Source: Zancudomyces culisetae HAW-14-8 (Eukaryota > Fungi > Kickxellomycota). From it: 64,000 nt of DNA. The notes under the pieces are model-generated. The model searched no databases and had not been told where the DNA came from. It saw nothing but the letters and a program-made list of their open reading frames with translations. Shown in pieces: positions 12,519 through 26,400 of this stretch. Numbering within the stretch: position 1 is the stretch's first letter; each line of letters opens with the position of its first letter. Where the stretch lies: positions 3,720,001 to 3,784,000 of the forward strand of contig JBNJNM010000011.1 in the NCBI GenBank assembly GCA_052426225.1. Direction: 5' to 3'. A program made the translations under genes and the position numbers.

Positions 12519-13442
12519 AAAAGGTTCATTCAACACACATTTTTACCTTAGGCTAAGCTTTTAATAGATTATTTTTGCAATACTTTTTGTTATTACCATT
12601 CCCAAAAAATTTTATTTATCTACGCGTTTGTTATTCCAATACATTGCTTGAAGCAGTTGCGCGATTATTTATATTATTCTTTTATTTGACAGGACTTGGA
12701 TGGCCAGGCATAAAACGTGCATATGTATTTGAACAGCCTTAAAAGATACTGTTGAAAACGTATTTTTGATGCCGGCTCTCTTTTTTTTCACATAGGCTCT
12801 TAGCAGTTTAACATTTAAGAGCGAGCAAGAAACTCTATAAACTAAATACCCGCGATGAACGGTGTGAATTCTAGTCTGCTATATAGTGATGGTATATTTT
12901 TGTGTAACTGCCAATACTTTACTTCTACACAGCCTGTCCACTTTTTTCAATGTTGTGTATGAGAATAGCTTATGGAATAAAATTTGGATTCTCATATACT
13001 ACTATATCCTTTTTTCATTTTTTTTCATCTTGATTGCTATCATTGGTTCTATCTCGCGTACTTTATTAAAAAGCAAAGAGATGCTTAAATACAAGTGCTA
13101 GAGCTAGGGTCAAAATTGCAGTTACTAAAGGTAGGAAAAATAGCGGATAAAGTTGAGTTGGGTGGCAAGATGAAAACAGAAAAATTCAAAACAATTTCGA
13201 TTACTGGCCTCCTAATCTGGCTTTTGTTTTTTTCAAATTTTTTTCAATTCTACATTTGCAATTTGACCTAGCTGCTGATAGCTGTTTAAAAAGTGGCAAA
13301 ATAAATAAATGGGTACCAGTTCCAAATTAATGGAGGGGAGGGTATTTATTCTAAAAAGATATAGAAGCCAAAAATATAAAAGCTTTTTTAGACAAAAATT
13401 AAGAAAAGAAATCAACACATATACTCAAGAAACTGAGTCGAA

Positions 13443-14017
13443 ATGTCGCTAATTAGGTACCTGAAATTTTTCTTTAAAAATAACGATCTGAAACTGAGCT
13501 ACAACTATGCCCGAAAGCTGGATGATATGAAATTCGGACATCTGGTCGGAACCGATTCTTTGGGAAATAAGTACTACGAAAATTCCGAAGAACGCTATTG
13601 TAAGTACCTTCTTTATTCCATTTTTTGTGTTTTTCTTCATTGCTACTTTTCTGGTTTCTATATGGTAGCCTCCCCTTTATCAAGTTTTTTATTTAAAAAA
13701 AGGACTAAAAAAAAAAAAATCGAGATTTTTAAATGTTGAACTTTAAACCTCACTTTAATAAATAAGCACGACACCGTTGGGTTTTACCAAGCGCAAAGGT
13801 TTCAGATTCAGATGCCACATTAATCCCACCAGGCTGGCACCAATGGCAGCACTGTACTACCAATGCTACACCAGCAAATGCCACCGATAATCCGGATTAC
13901 ATTTGGATGCCCAAAAAGCATGTCGGGAATCTTACAGGATCGCCTAAGGCTTACCTTACATTCAACACTGTCGCACCTAGAATTTCTAAATGGGAACCAG
14001 CTGTTAAACAAAGATAA
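13443..14017 (+). CDS. NDUFA12: NADH:ubiquinone oxidoreductase subunit NDUFA12/B17.2 (exons 13443-13599, 13767-14017)
   Basis: GHLVGTDSLGNKYYEN spliced to RHRWV..IPPGWHQWQH..KWEP. Confidence 0.88.
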
Positions 14018-14291
14018 ACTTATGCGTGAAACTACATCTCTTCTTTAGTGGTGCCGTTTTTGTCTTTTTGATGTTTGTTCACTATTTTTACTTTTTGTTC
14101 GTTTTTCTGCTTCCAATATAGCTTAATCACATTTACTAAATACTGTTTCAATAAGCTAAAACTATAAAAGCATAAATACACGAAAAATAGTACGAGAAAT
14201 AAATAAAATAATATACACATAACAAATTCAAAAAATGTACACTGAGTGTATAGATAGTGTGATGGGGATAATAACAGTGTAGTTGGCCTTG

Positions 14292-15852
14292 TTATACCTC
14301 CAGCTCAATACCACCACCCTCTCCGTCATTGTCAAAGTCGTCTTCGTAATACTCTGCATAATTTGCACGCCTAATTGTTCTATCCATTTTGCCCTCTTTG
14401 TTTGTGTCGCTTTCCAAATCATCATAATAATCATTATGGTCATCCAAAAATCCTTGAATGTCTGGAGGTATTTCCTGCATCTGTACGCTTGGAGCTCCCT
14501 TCAAATACCTCAATTGCTCAATAACGTTGGTTCTAACGGCCTCAAGATACTGCTTAGTGTTTTCATTAGCTACCTTCCCAGATAATTCAGGATGTAAGCT
14601 ATAGTCTGGTGCAAAAGATTCACGATAAATATTACTGGGCAATTTATTAGGAAGCTCTACACCACACAACAGTCCTGTTTCATACGTCCAACACCTGGCA
14701 ACATTTTTTACAGTATAACCTCCTCCACCTACCACAATAAGTGGAATATTGTATTTTTTTATGGCGCGTACACAGCTTCCATGTGCGCTTATCGACAAAT
14801 TAAACAGACCAAGTCGATCTAGACCCAAAGAGTCTGCACCACACTGCATTACAATTACAGAAGGCCGAAATGCCTTGATTACATGATCTATCACGCTTTT
14901 AAACAGCCCCACATACTCGTGATCGTTTATTCCATCTTTCAACGGAACATTGATCGTGTGATGCTTGCCCATACCCGACCCAGTCTCGTCTATCGCGCCA
15001 GTTCCTGGAAAGAAATCACCATTGTATTTATGAAACGAAACTGTCATTACCCTGTCTGTCATGTAGAACGCCTCCTGAACCCCATCCCCGTGGTGTATGT
15101 CAATGTCGATATACAGCACTCTTGGATAGTACCTCAATAACTGCAGTATTGCCAAAACGATGTCGTTAATATAACAGAAACCACTTGGTTCAAACTTTTT
15201 TGCGTGGTGAAGCCCACCCATCCAATTAATGCAAATGTCTGCATCTTCACTTATAATCTTTCGCGCTGCCTCTATACTTGCACCGCTATATATCTGACAG
15301 AAATCCCAAAGCCCCTCAAATAGTGGACAATCATCCCCTATGTTAAATTTGCTGAATTGCTCTTGGAAATACTCTACATTATCGGGCGTCACTCTTTTTA
15401 AGAAATCTGTGTAATTTGCACTATGAAATTCCTGTATTTCTTCCTCGGTGGCTCTTCGTGGATCGTATATGTCCATGTACTTGTCTAGGCCGTAATTCAA
15501 TACAAGATGGTTTGTAAGCGTCAATCTGTGCGGTTTCATTGGGTGAAACATCTATTAAAGTACACATTTCTTAACTCTAAATTTCACTTGACACTTTAAT
15601 TGATAATGCATGTAGAATACTCATAAAATTGATAATGAAAAAAATGGCAAGTAGAACTTTTTTTCTTACTCCATAGTGAAAATCGCCCGCCTCTTTGCTC
15701 ATATAATACGAAACTCTCGGCTTGTACTCTTCAACTACATCTCGCTTTCCAATTGTACCACTGGAAACGTCTATCTGCCCCGTCATTCTATGCCTCTCCC
15801 TTTTGGAGAAAGTTCCGCCTTCTCCCATTGTGTATCCTTTGCTACGTTTCAT
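14292..15852 (-). CDS. HOS2: Class I histone deacetylase, Hos2/HDAC3-type (intron 15552-15669)
   Basis: [65 protein letters not shown]. Confidence 0.92.
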
Positions 15853-17952
15853 TAGTTTCTTGCTATTTATGTTCCAGTTATAAATTCTTTGTAGATTATT
15901 TATATTTATAATGCTGGTTTATAGCTTTATTCAAGCAACAAACTCAATTTAAAATATTAAAAAAGAAAAAAAAACAAAGTGAAATGTACGCAGAATTGCA
16001 CCACAAAATTGCAATACAAAAAAATTTCATGAAATCAATCTGATGACCAATGTTGTTTCCAAAGTTATAGAATCGCAGCTCTGGTTGAAGCCTGTTCGCT
16101 GGTTGAAATAGTCTTGACAATTTTCATCAAGCCCAACCGAAACACCCCCATTTCAATTAAAAATCATCATTCTTATATTAGCTGGTAGATATAGATATAG
16201 ATGTGTATGTGTATGTGTATGTGCTCTCCTTCTTTTTTTGTTATTCCATGGTGTAAGAAAAGATAAAATTACATCACAGGGTATAAGAGAGGCTGACAGA
16301 GGGCAAAGGGCAGATGTTAACGAGGTTTTAAGTATCACAAAAATACACAGGTATATGACTTGCTCTTGTACTAGGTTGTTTAGAAATAATGAGATGGTGT
16401 AAGTGCGCTATCAACATGTGTATATACCTGACTTTGATGAGATTGAATCATCCTGTGCACCATTTTCTCTAGCGATATTGAAATCATTCACCTCTGGTGA
16501 GGAATATGGAACACATCGTATATAAAAACTACGCTGTTCTGAGGTAAAAGGCACACGTTCACATCGATGGTTTCTACACCCCAACCATTTGATCATTGTT
16601 TCAAGACAAAAGATAAAGTGCGTCCTTGCACATTCCCTGCTCTTATACATCCTAAACCATGTTGGCGAAACATCACTCTATTTTGGGACGATAATTCAAA
16701 TGCAAAAAAAAACTTGTTGCGTGACTGCACAGAAAAGTCAAGAGTACACCACCATCTTGAGAATACACATATATACCCATTACTATGTGAATGAGCTGGA
16801 TATTGCTACAAGATATTCTTCGACTATGTGTCTTGCTTGCTTATTTTGTCATTTTGGCTGTTGGTTTTACAGAGATAACGCATGTGCCCAGAATTTCATT
16901 GATCAATCATACCCACGTATCACATAAATTATTAGTATCCCCTTAGAACTATACAAACTAGTCCAAAAAAAATTTTTCCCCCGATTTTGCCCTCTTTAAT
17001 TCGCAGCTATTGACTATCCAATAGTAATCCGTTTAACTATTAAAATGTTGGCACGCTTAAAAAATCCTAAATTGAAAAGTGTTCCAGCCAATAGATATCT
17101 CGTACTGCACGAACCCGACTCCAAGTCGGTTTCATATGCTTTCCAAAAAAGGGGGGAGAATATACATAAACTCAGTTGATGTCAATACTCGCTCCCTGTA
17201 TTTAGAACTGTATTGGAAGGCCGGTGAGTGATGGATGATGTTAGTCTCGAGTAATCGTGCTTGTTCTTATTATTTCTTACTTTGGAACAGTAGCTGACAC
17301 TACACCAACTAGTAGCGTCTCTTGGTTAAGATAATGCAAATATAAGGCTGAAGTTTGCCAGCTATTTTTTCGTACCTCATTTTTTTTATCAGATGGCAAA
17401 ATTAAATCCCCTTAAAAGAAAAAAAGGAAATGCGCATATTTTCGAGCTGAGAATTCGCTGCTGTTTCAATTCTTTCCCAAAAAAAAAAAAAAAAAAAGCA
17501 CGGTCGAAATCAAAAGCATAAAAACCAAGGTATTACATTATGTCAGTTGTAATGTTAAGCTTTGAAAGGAACAGAGATTATATTTTTATAGAATAATCCC
17601 TACAAACCTTTCACGCTGGAGGAAACAAAGTAGGCATAAAACAATCTCAAAACAAATAAGTAAATTCTTACACTATTACCCAATCGACTAGAGTCGCTGG
17701 AATTATGTCAATCAGTTTTAGAGGAATTCACACCACGAAGATTAGTTTTGGAGTATAGTGACTCTATAGTACAGTATAATATATCACAGGTGCGTATAAA
17801 AAAGTGAAGTCGCATTCTAAAGCATCAACATCAGCACAGAAAGCGGATTAAAAAGATTAGTGCTTCTAAAACAATTCTGCCTTCGCAATTCCATACCACA
17901 CGTATTTAGAAAGCTATAAGCCTGTAAAGTATATTCAAAAACACTTAGCGAG

Positions 17953-19406
17953 ATGGAGAGCAAACGTATGGAGGAAGTGGAGGAAGTGTTTATCCCAGAT
18001 AAAACCGACAAAAGCAGTACAAAATATATATTTCAAACATTTTTTATAGGCGGATTGGCTGGCTGTGCAGGTAAGGACCAAAGAACTCAATACATGTTTG
18101 ATATACTAAAGAAAAGCTGGAACAAACCTAAATAGCAAAGACTGTGGTGGCTCCATTGGATAGGGTGAAAATATTGTTCCAGACCCATAATCTGGAATAC
18201 GCACAGTACAGGCGTAAGTTTTTTTTTAGATTTTGAATTATATGATTACACTATTCTTTGATTTTTTTTATTTTTGTATTTGAATTGTTTTGGTACTGGT
18301 AGTTTTCTGACTTTATAAGCATCAGTAAACTCAAAACAACCACGATTATTACGCGATAGGCACCAGACTCGGTGTATTTAAAGCAGGAGTTCAGATATAT
18401 AAAATCTATGGCATTCGTGGGTTATTTCAAGGTCACTCGATGCAACTTGCTCGGATCTATCCATATGCAGCGATAAAGTTTATGGCATATGAGCAGATAA
18501 AAAGGGTATACAACATCTTTTCCGAAATCATAAGCGAAAATTTATAAAAATCGTGCTAGAATGGATGACTTTTAATTATAACAATTATTATTTATAGGTC
18601 TTGATACCATCTGAATCTAAAAATACTCCGATTAGACACTTTTTATCTGGCGCCGGTGCGGGTTAGTAAAACCAATGTTTTTTATTTATGCTTCAGTGCT
18701 TTATCGCGCTTTCCCATGTATAATATGTGTCTCTTAATACTGTTGAATTGAGAAAGTGGAGGGAGGGGCGATAATCATACTAATTGTTTTAATTTGGTGA
18801 ATAGGTGTATTTAGCGTGCTGTTCACATATCCCTTTGACATGGTGCGGGTCAGAATGGCATTTGAGACTCCAAAATCATCCACCTCAGTCCAGAAAGCAC
18901 GAGATTTTACAAGAAAAATTTACAATGAGAATATTGGAGGTTCAAGGCTTATTAGCTTCTATAGAGGATTTTCGATTTCTATGTTGGGGATAATTCCATA
19001 TGGTGGTGTTTCTTTTTTGACACATAATTATTTGATAGAGGCGGCAAGAACACACTTCCCAAAATATGCAGAGATTGATAGATCAGCTGAGCCACATAAA
19101 AAGAGAAACAGGACGAAAAAGGACATGAGGGCTTGGGCTGAGCTAACTGCCGGTGGGCTTTCGGGTATTGTAGCACAAACATCATCGTATCCGTTTGAGC
19201 TTGTACGTAGAAGGATGCAGATAGGAGGTATTAATAGTCCCAGTAAACTGTTGAAAGCTAAAGATGTTGTGGCGTCGATTTATAAGGCGGAAGGTGTTCG
19301 TGGGTTTTTTGTTGGTCTCACTATCGGTTATATTAAAGTTCTGCCCATGTTTGCTGTATCGTTCTATACCTACGAAAAATTAAAATCAATGCTGGATATC
19401 GAATAA
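17953..19406 (+). CDS. LEU5: Mitochondrial carrier, CoA transporter Leu5/SLC25A16-like (5 exons)
   Basis: [63 protein letters not shown] carrier signatures. Confidence 0.88.
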
Positions 19407-20253
19407 TTCAAGTCAGCTTATCATTTACATGTCTAGGCATTTCCGCAGAGGTTATCCGGTATTTGCGCTTACCCGAAGGGTGTGAGTGCAAGTGGATATA
19501 CTGTGATAGTTAATACGTCACCTATTTTGCTGTGTTTTTCATAGAGTTTTTATTATTGGTATAATCCGAAATTTGACTGCTAAGTTGGACAATATCCACG
19601 AGCTGCCTTATTAGCTCCATTGTATCCTTTGTTTTTTTTTTCAGTAGAGTAGAATGTAAATATGTGTACCAAAGCGTACAATATTCATCCTCTGCTTGGA
19701 AAGGAATTGGAAAAGAGGTGGGGTGCGTAAATAGTCGTATTGATAGAGGAGCAGGAATGATTATGTAAATGAGCGCAGTTTGGTGTTTTTGTATTAGCAT
19801 TTAAGAAATGTCTTGTGATATGGATAACAAATCCATGCTTACAAAAAGTTGGGTTTTTGGATTTGGTACAAAGAATATTAGTAATCCAAATTTGCGGGTA
19901 TAAAACCAACCTAAATTTCTCGTAGCTTTCATATTATATTACCAGGATTGCACTCTAAAATAAATGAAAAATCGAAAAAATTTCACCAATAAAAAAACCT
20001 AAGATTAGCGCTTTATAATAGCAATAGTTGGAGGTATTTCATTTCCTCCGCCCGTAAATGGTGCTGCTTTTATTTAACTAAAAACCGATGTTAAAGCCGA
20101 TATTTATCTTGAATATATATATACTTACAATCACTCAATACTTTGAAAATCGTGTTCTAACAATTCTTCGATCCTGTACATAGTCTTTAAATACGATAGA
20201 TAAAATAAATTCGTTTTTTTTATGAATTAAACTAGATAGTAGAAAAAGAAAAA

Positions 20254-21596
20254 ATGTCGGTCCCAGAGGTAAAATTAACGGTGCTAGACACAGACATAGC
20301 AGCACGAGAGTTGTGGTTCGATTTTGAAGATTACGTGAAAAAAGAAATCGGGCTACAAACGATAGATCCAAAATCTGTGATAAGGAAAACAAGGTCACTG
20401 AAGCTGTCTCTGAATCAAAAAACGATAGAATCTACAGGCGTATGCAATTTTTACCTGAAGGGTCATTGCTGGAAGGGAGAAAACTGCCAATACCGACACA
20501 TTTCGGCCACAGCCTACAATATGGAGAGACTGCAGCAAAAGCAGGCAAAGATGGGAGATAAAGCTGTTGTGTGTAAGCACTGGCTGCGAGGGCTTTGTAA
20601 AAAAGGAGATAATTGTGAATTTTTGCATGAATACAATCTAACAAAAATGCCTGAGTGTTGGTTCTATGCAAAGTATGGAGAGTGTGGGAACTATGAGGAA
20701 TGCGTGTATCAACATATAGATCCTGAAACCAGAATCAAAGAATGTCCCTGGTATGCAAGAGGCTTTTGTAAAAACGGTAAGTTTTGTTTGAATTTTTTTT
20801 CCTGTTTCTGTTTATAAGGCCTGTTGTTAACTATTTTTGTCTCATATATTCCTAGGACCGAACTGCAAGCGAAAACATCTACGAAGGATAGTGTGTAAGC
20901 CATATTTATTTGGATTTTGCCCTCAAGGACCTGAATGTCCCAACTTCCAGTAAGTTTTGTCAATTTTTTTATGCTGGTGTTATCTTTTTGTGGTATAATT
21001 ATACAATAGTCTGTCACTTTTGCTTACTTTTTCTTTGCCTTCCGTATTTTATCGATGTAACGATATTTTAAAATATATAAATTAATGCCGGAATTGCGCT
21101 TTATGACTAAAGTCCTAGGTTTGACATACCAATTATGGATACATCGGGGTACACAAAAGACAGAATTGACCAACAAATGGACGGGAAGGTTCACCAGGAA
21201 CAACATGTGAATACCGATAATATGGAGGCAAATCAATATACATCGCATCTGAAGCTTCAATCTAGCATTCTTAATGCTCACAAGCCCAATTTCTTAAAAA
21301 GCTTTAACAATCCCGCCATACCAACTGGACAGAGTGGGCCAGCAATGGGTATGGGTACAGGTATGGGTACAGGTATGGGCGGGGGGATGGGAATGGGTAT
21401 GGGTGTAGGCATGGGTATGGGTATGGGTATGGGCATGGGCATGGGTATGAGTATGGGAATAGGAGGAGGAAGGGGGCCGTCGTCAAACTTTAGGCCGCTT
21501 GACCAGGTGATGTGTTTTAAATGTGGGGAAATGGGGCATTATGCAAATCATTGCACAAATAAAAAAGTTAACCTTAATCTTGATAAAAGAGGTTAA
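20254..21596 (+). CDS. YTH1: Cleavage/polyadenylation factor subunit Yth1/CPSF30 (exons 20254-20776, 20856-20949, 21113-21596)
   Basis: Five CCCH fingers (VCKHWLRGLCKKGDNCEFLHEYNL, ECPWYARGFCKNGPNC) and C-terminal CCHC knuckle CFKCGEMGHYANHC. Confidence 0.93.
21345..21458 (+). repeat. (ATGGGT)n coding hexamer repeat giving a Gly-Met tract in Yth1
   Basis: Tandem atgggt/atgggc units, translating as MGMGTGMG..GMGMGM. Confidence 0.9.
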
Positions 21597-21945
21597 TCAG
21601 TTATCAATCTACACCAGATTTTAGCTCGATCTTATTGTTTTGTAATTTGATAGTTATCATATTTTATTAAGTAGGGATAAATGATGGACTTTAAAATAAA
21701 AGTAAAAACAAGTAGACGGAAGTCATTGATTACAAACATGCATATTTTTCAGTAAACTAAATAGAGCCTAACTTTAAAAGCAGGGGGATATAGTATCGGT
21801 CTATGTGAGGGTAAAGAAATAGGGATATAGCTTCAGTAAATAAATAGATACATATGTTCGTTTTTTGGGTACACAAAGACAATCAAGCTCCATACCACAC
21901 TTCTGGTTTGTATCGAAAGGCGCAATGAAGAAAACAAAAGCAAAA

Positions 21946-23415
21946 TCAACTCTTTTTGAGTAGGTATGCAGTAAGAGTATTTGCAGTATTTTCCATAACG
22001 CCGAGTGTAAATACATTTGCATTGAAAAAGCTGAGCTCGGAGTATTTGATCCCGTGTTTTTCGCACAATTTTTTGACAAGGGTCTTAACATAGGGTAAGT
22101 TATGCCTAGGAAGCCTGGGGAACAGATGGTGCTCAACCTGGAAATGCAATCCACCATGGAACCAATCCATCCATGATGGGCAGACAATATCCAAACTTGT
22201 TCTGATTTGCCTAACCATGAAACACTCAGTTTCCGGGTTGGGTGAGTGAACAGGCATTCCAAAGTGTGAAAGCGTGAGTTGTACATGTAGTATTGCTGCT
22301 ATGCTGTGTGAAAGCCAGATTTGCAAGAGGATCAGCTTGTATGAAGGTAAAAATGATAGAAGGAAAGAGTACCACACCCAGAATCCTGTAAGACCTAGCA
22401 ATTCAAAATACTTTTGTGGGCCTTTGACTTTGAAAAGAACATGCACCCAGCTTAGAACGTAAAGGTTGTATCTTCCAAATGTCATTATAATGTAGTAGCT
22501 CTTGTGCTGTATCTGTACCAACAAATTTGAAAACGCATCAAATTTCAGTGAGCGCTTATAATATGTAGAATATAGGTCATTGAAAAAGAAAACCGGTGAT
22601 ATGGCCATAAATGGCAGATGCTGAATATCGGGGTCGTTTTCTGGTTGATTTGTTACGATGTGATGGACATTATGACTGTCTTTCCACCATCCTGTGCTTA
22701 ATCCAATGAGAAAGTCACCAACAAAAAGACCAATACTTGTGTCTATTTTATTTACTCCTGTTACAGCCGCATGCCCGAGATCATGCGCGGTAAAGGCCTC
22801 TTGTTGCCATAGCAGTGCTGCACAGATACTTGACATGACTACTCTCCATACGGAACTAGTATCTCCAAAGCAAGTAAAGTATATCATTCCTGCAAAGATC
22901 GCCAGTATTCTTGTTGCCTCAATTGCGTAGTTGTAGTAATTACACTTGTACATGTTTTTCGCGCGAAGATGGTTCTCCAACTTCCGGTAGTCTTCAGCAA
23001 TAGCTTTGTTGTCAAGCCCATCCCACTCCTTCATACTCTTATCAACAGGCGTGGGCTTTGAATATTCCAAATCTAGGTCTTCAACAAACGAGAATCCCTC
23101 TACGTCGTTTGCGTACTTGGCGACAATGTAGTGGTTCGCGTGCTTTGTAAAGACTTCATCTGGATGCATGGCATGCATTTCATCTGTTGCATCCTTTCCT
23201 ACCATGTTAAGTATTGCTGCTGCACCCCCTGGATGCTTGCTAGCGAAGCCCGTGAGATTGAGAACATATCCATCAACTATTACCAAGTACTCACCCTTTA
23301 AGATCCGCTCTCGTAGCTCATTGTGTGTGTATGCTGGGAGCAACTTTTTTGCTGTTAGTCTTGGAACGAGCGATGGGACATTTTCCAGCTCTGAAATAAC
23401 GTAGTCCTTTGTCAT
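21946..23415 (-). CDS. Cytochrome b5-fused front-end desaturase, likely sphingolipid delta-8 desaturase
   Basis: HPGG b5 motif; His boxes HDLGH, HNVHH, QVEHH; DPDIQHLP. Confidence 0.88.
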   Translation of the reverse strand: MTKDYVISELENVPSLVPRLTAKKLLPAYTHNELRERILKGEYLVIVDGYVLNLTGFASKHPGGAAAILNMVGKDATDEMHAMHPDEVFTKHANHYIVAKYANDVEGFSFVEDLDLEYSKPTPVDKSMKEWDGLDNKAIAEDYRKLENHLRAKNMYKCNYYNYAIEATRILAIFAGMIYFTCFGDTSSVWRVVMSSICAALLWQQEAFTAHDLGHAAVTGVNKIDTSIGLFVGDFLIGLSTGWWKDSHNVHHIVTNQPENDPDIQHLPFMAISPVFFFNDLYSTYYKRSLKFDAFSNLLVQIQHKSYYIIMTFGRYNLYVLSWVHVLFKVKGPQKYFELLGLTGFWVWYSFLLSFLPSYKLILLQIWLSHSIAAILHVQLTLSHFGMPVHSPNPETECFMVRQIRTSLDIVCPSWMDWFHGGLHFQVEHHLFPRLPRHNLPYVKTLVKKLCEKHGIKYSELSFFNANVFTLGVMENTANTLTAYLLKKS

Positions 23416-26400
23416 TTTTTTTTTTAGTATAGTGAACAGGTATAGATCTATGCTACTAATGTGAACGCTGTTCTTTTGATATTTTTTATGTTGTTAATTT
23501 GGCTTGATTTAATACTTCTTATTCACTTTTGTATCGTGCTTAGTGAGACGCAACTTTTATGCAAAGGTGTTTTTTTATTCTTTTGGTTTTCTTTGGTTTC
23601 GCCTTGTATGAAGGTTACAGGTACAATACTGTATCAAAGCAGATCCAGCTATTGCAGCTTATTTTCCAGAATTATATGGGTTTCCTGTGGCAGAGATTTC
23701 CTCTATTAATTTTGATCCAGACTGTTGGGAAAGATTCAAATTAGCTAGCCTTTTTTAATATGTTGTACCAAAGTGACTATTCTAAAGGTTTTTATGGTAA
23801 TATATTTTAGTCGCTGGGTATAACAGGCTAGATTATTTCTTGCTGAAAAATAAAGAAGAGGAATAAAAGTATTTATTGAAAAAGTGACAAAACCAGACCT
23901 GAACTACGCTATAATATACTTTTATACAACCAGTACACTACATGAGCATCATCGTTGAGGTGTGTGTTTTTTTTCTATTGACTCTTTTCAAATAGATTGT
24001 TTATGTAAATAAAAGGCACAATTGTTACTATGAAAATAAAAACAACACCAGAGAAATGCTCAATAACGTTGAAATTCCGTTCCGTATTAGATTGCTACCG
24101 CAAATATTACATAAGAGCTTTTGCCAATACTTTTCGGCTTTTGATTTGCCTAGCCCCCAAAATTTATTCGTTTTTAATTTATAAATGCCAAAATCTCGAG
24201 CTTTACGTTCAAGTTCACAATGATTTCCAATGTGTAATTGCAGCCATTGAATAAGGTGACTATACTCTTCGTTAAAATCACGCTTGACAATTAATTCCCA
24301 CTTCAACATTCTCACTCCACAAAAAAAATCAAGGTCGAAGCTGGGATTGTGTTTTTTCAAATAAAAAAGTTGGCCCACCATTTGCTATATCAGTTGTTAC
24401 GTAATTCTCTCTTGAAGTTTCATTTTCACTATAGTGTCGTAATAGCTTGCCAATGTAGCCCCCTTTTAAAATGCCCCCTTGAAACTGAAAATTTGGTTTG
24501 GAAAACAAAAAAGTTATATGTAAAAAAAAAGATCAAAACAAAAAAAACAAACAAAATTAGCTCTTTTACTTACACATGCATTTAGCTTTGTTACCCAAAC
24601 ACTTTAACTAGCTCCAAAATAACCCCAACATCTCCTGTTGTCTGCCTGCTTGCAAGTTCTGTTTATATTTTAAATTTAGCTTTTCTTTCTCGCACTATAC
24701 TTTAGCCGGCTATATATTTTTTAATTACTTGCACCGTATTGAAGTCATATACTTGTACAAGGCGCTGTCCTTAAAAAATGCTATACTCGCAGCGAGTATA
24801 GTATTGCAGTGGTTTAGAACAAGCTTTTTTTTTTCGTTGGTTTCACTTGATAAAAATCTTTGACTTTTCGCTAGTTTTGCTTTTGATTGAAAATGCCAAA
24901 CAAAAAGTCAGCCAATAGGGTAAATAGAAATGTGAAAACGCACATTACCTTAAAATTGGCATGGTTTTTTGACTTTGGGCTTTGATCCAAGTAACTGAGA
25001 ATTTTAAAGCTATCCGATATTTTCAATATTTTTGCCACTTTACGTGATGAATTATATTACTATTAAAAGACACATATAAAAGCCCACCAACCAAAAGGTT
25101 TCTCAAATCGTCAGGGGGGAGCCAACGGGTATTTACGATCAAAATCTAAATTCCTGGTTTAAACCCTCCAAACAAATACTACAAAAGTGCTGTTTACTAA
25201 AACATTACAATTCAGCTTACAAAGATAGACAATTTAGCAAAGAAATCATATGATTAGCTAAGCTAGAATGAGCTGTGTTATTAATTAGTCATGACTATTT
25301 TAATCATTGTTTTACCTTGATAATATAGGTTCAATTCCTTATTGAAAAACGTGGTGGTGTACTAATCCTCATTGCGTTGATTTTGTAAAATCATGCTACA
25401 ATACCCTTGATAATGACATAAAAAATCACCGCTCCATGCATATGACAATCATATCTTTTTTCGTCTATCTACTGGAATCAAACTAAGTACTTGTAACAAC
25501 CAAGTGATTAAATTATGCAAAAGCCAAGCGCAGTGTACTAATACAACTTGCAAAGAGTTGGTATGAGGGGATTATTGGAGAGCAAACATTCGAAACTAGC
25601 TTGATAAATAATATAAAACCTATTCCTAAGTTTAAAAAACATCTTATTAAACTTACTTTCATCTCCCCCCTCCCCACAAAAAGATGTGTGTCAAAGAAAC
25701 CAGTATATTGGCTCCGTGTATTGTGTTCTCTGCTACTTGCGCTAGTAGGCACATTACTCCCGATTCATTCAGACAGCTTAGGAACTTTAGTTTTTCTTTA
25801 CAACTACGAATAGAGAAGATCTAAACTAGTGGATCTAGAAATAACCTTGTTTCATCAAACATAAACAATTGCCACATGATCTTACAATATAAAAAAAGGA
25901 AAAGATCAAAAAAAATCGAAATACTTGACTTTACCAAATCACAAGTATCTTTTCAAGGAGTATAAATGAAGATCTATTACCAATCACTTTCTCATTCGCT
26001 ATTTTCCTTCAAAAGAAATAATTGAAAGTTGGACTGATTAAGTTTGATGGAAAAGGGTTACTAAATGAAAAAAATCACACTCAACGCTTTTATCCATTCG
26101 CTTAGTGCATTTTAGTACCAAACTTCGGCTCTTTTTTTTTTCATTTTTTCATTTTGATTTTTGATTTTTGATTTTTGAGTAGAATAATCGATACCACTTT
26201 TCAATGAACATATTTATAAGGTATAAGTTGCTGGTATTTTCATAGTTGTTTATTTAAAATATTGTATCTTTCACACCAATGAGGCTACTTTACAACTACA
26301 AAAAATAGAATATATACCACCTGCTTAAACCTCATTATCAAAAACCAATAATCTATAGCCTCTATAGCAGGGGTATATTCGACGCGTCTCACGATACATT

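Noticed and set aside
16153-17950. Cluster of short ORFs between HOS2 and LEU5
   Set aside because: No coherent exon chain or known motif; treated as divergent promoter DNA with microsatellites.
24028-24381. 117-aa minus-strand intergenic ORF
   Set aside because: No recognisable motif or splice support; compatible with chance.
24781-24820. Palindrome as a Helitron 3' terminus
   Set aside because: No CTRR terminus at the expected distance and no transposon ORF in the window.
25328-25338. GGTTCAATTCC B-box/T-loop-like motif
   Set aside because: No cloverleaf, A-box or acceptor stem around it.
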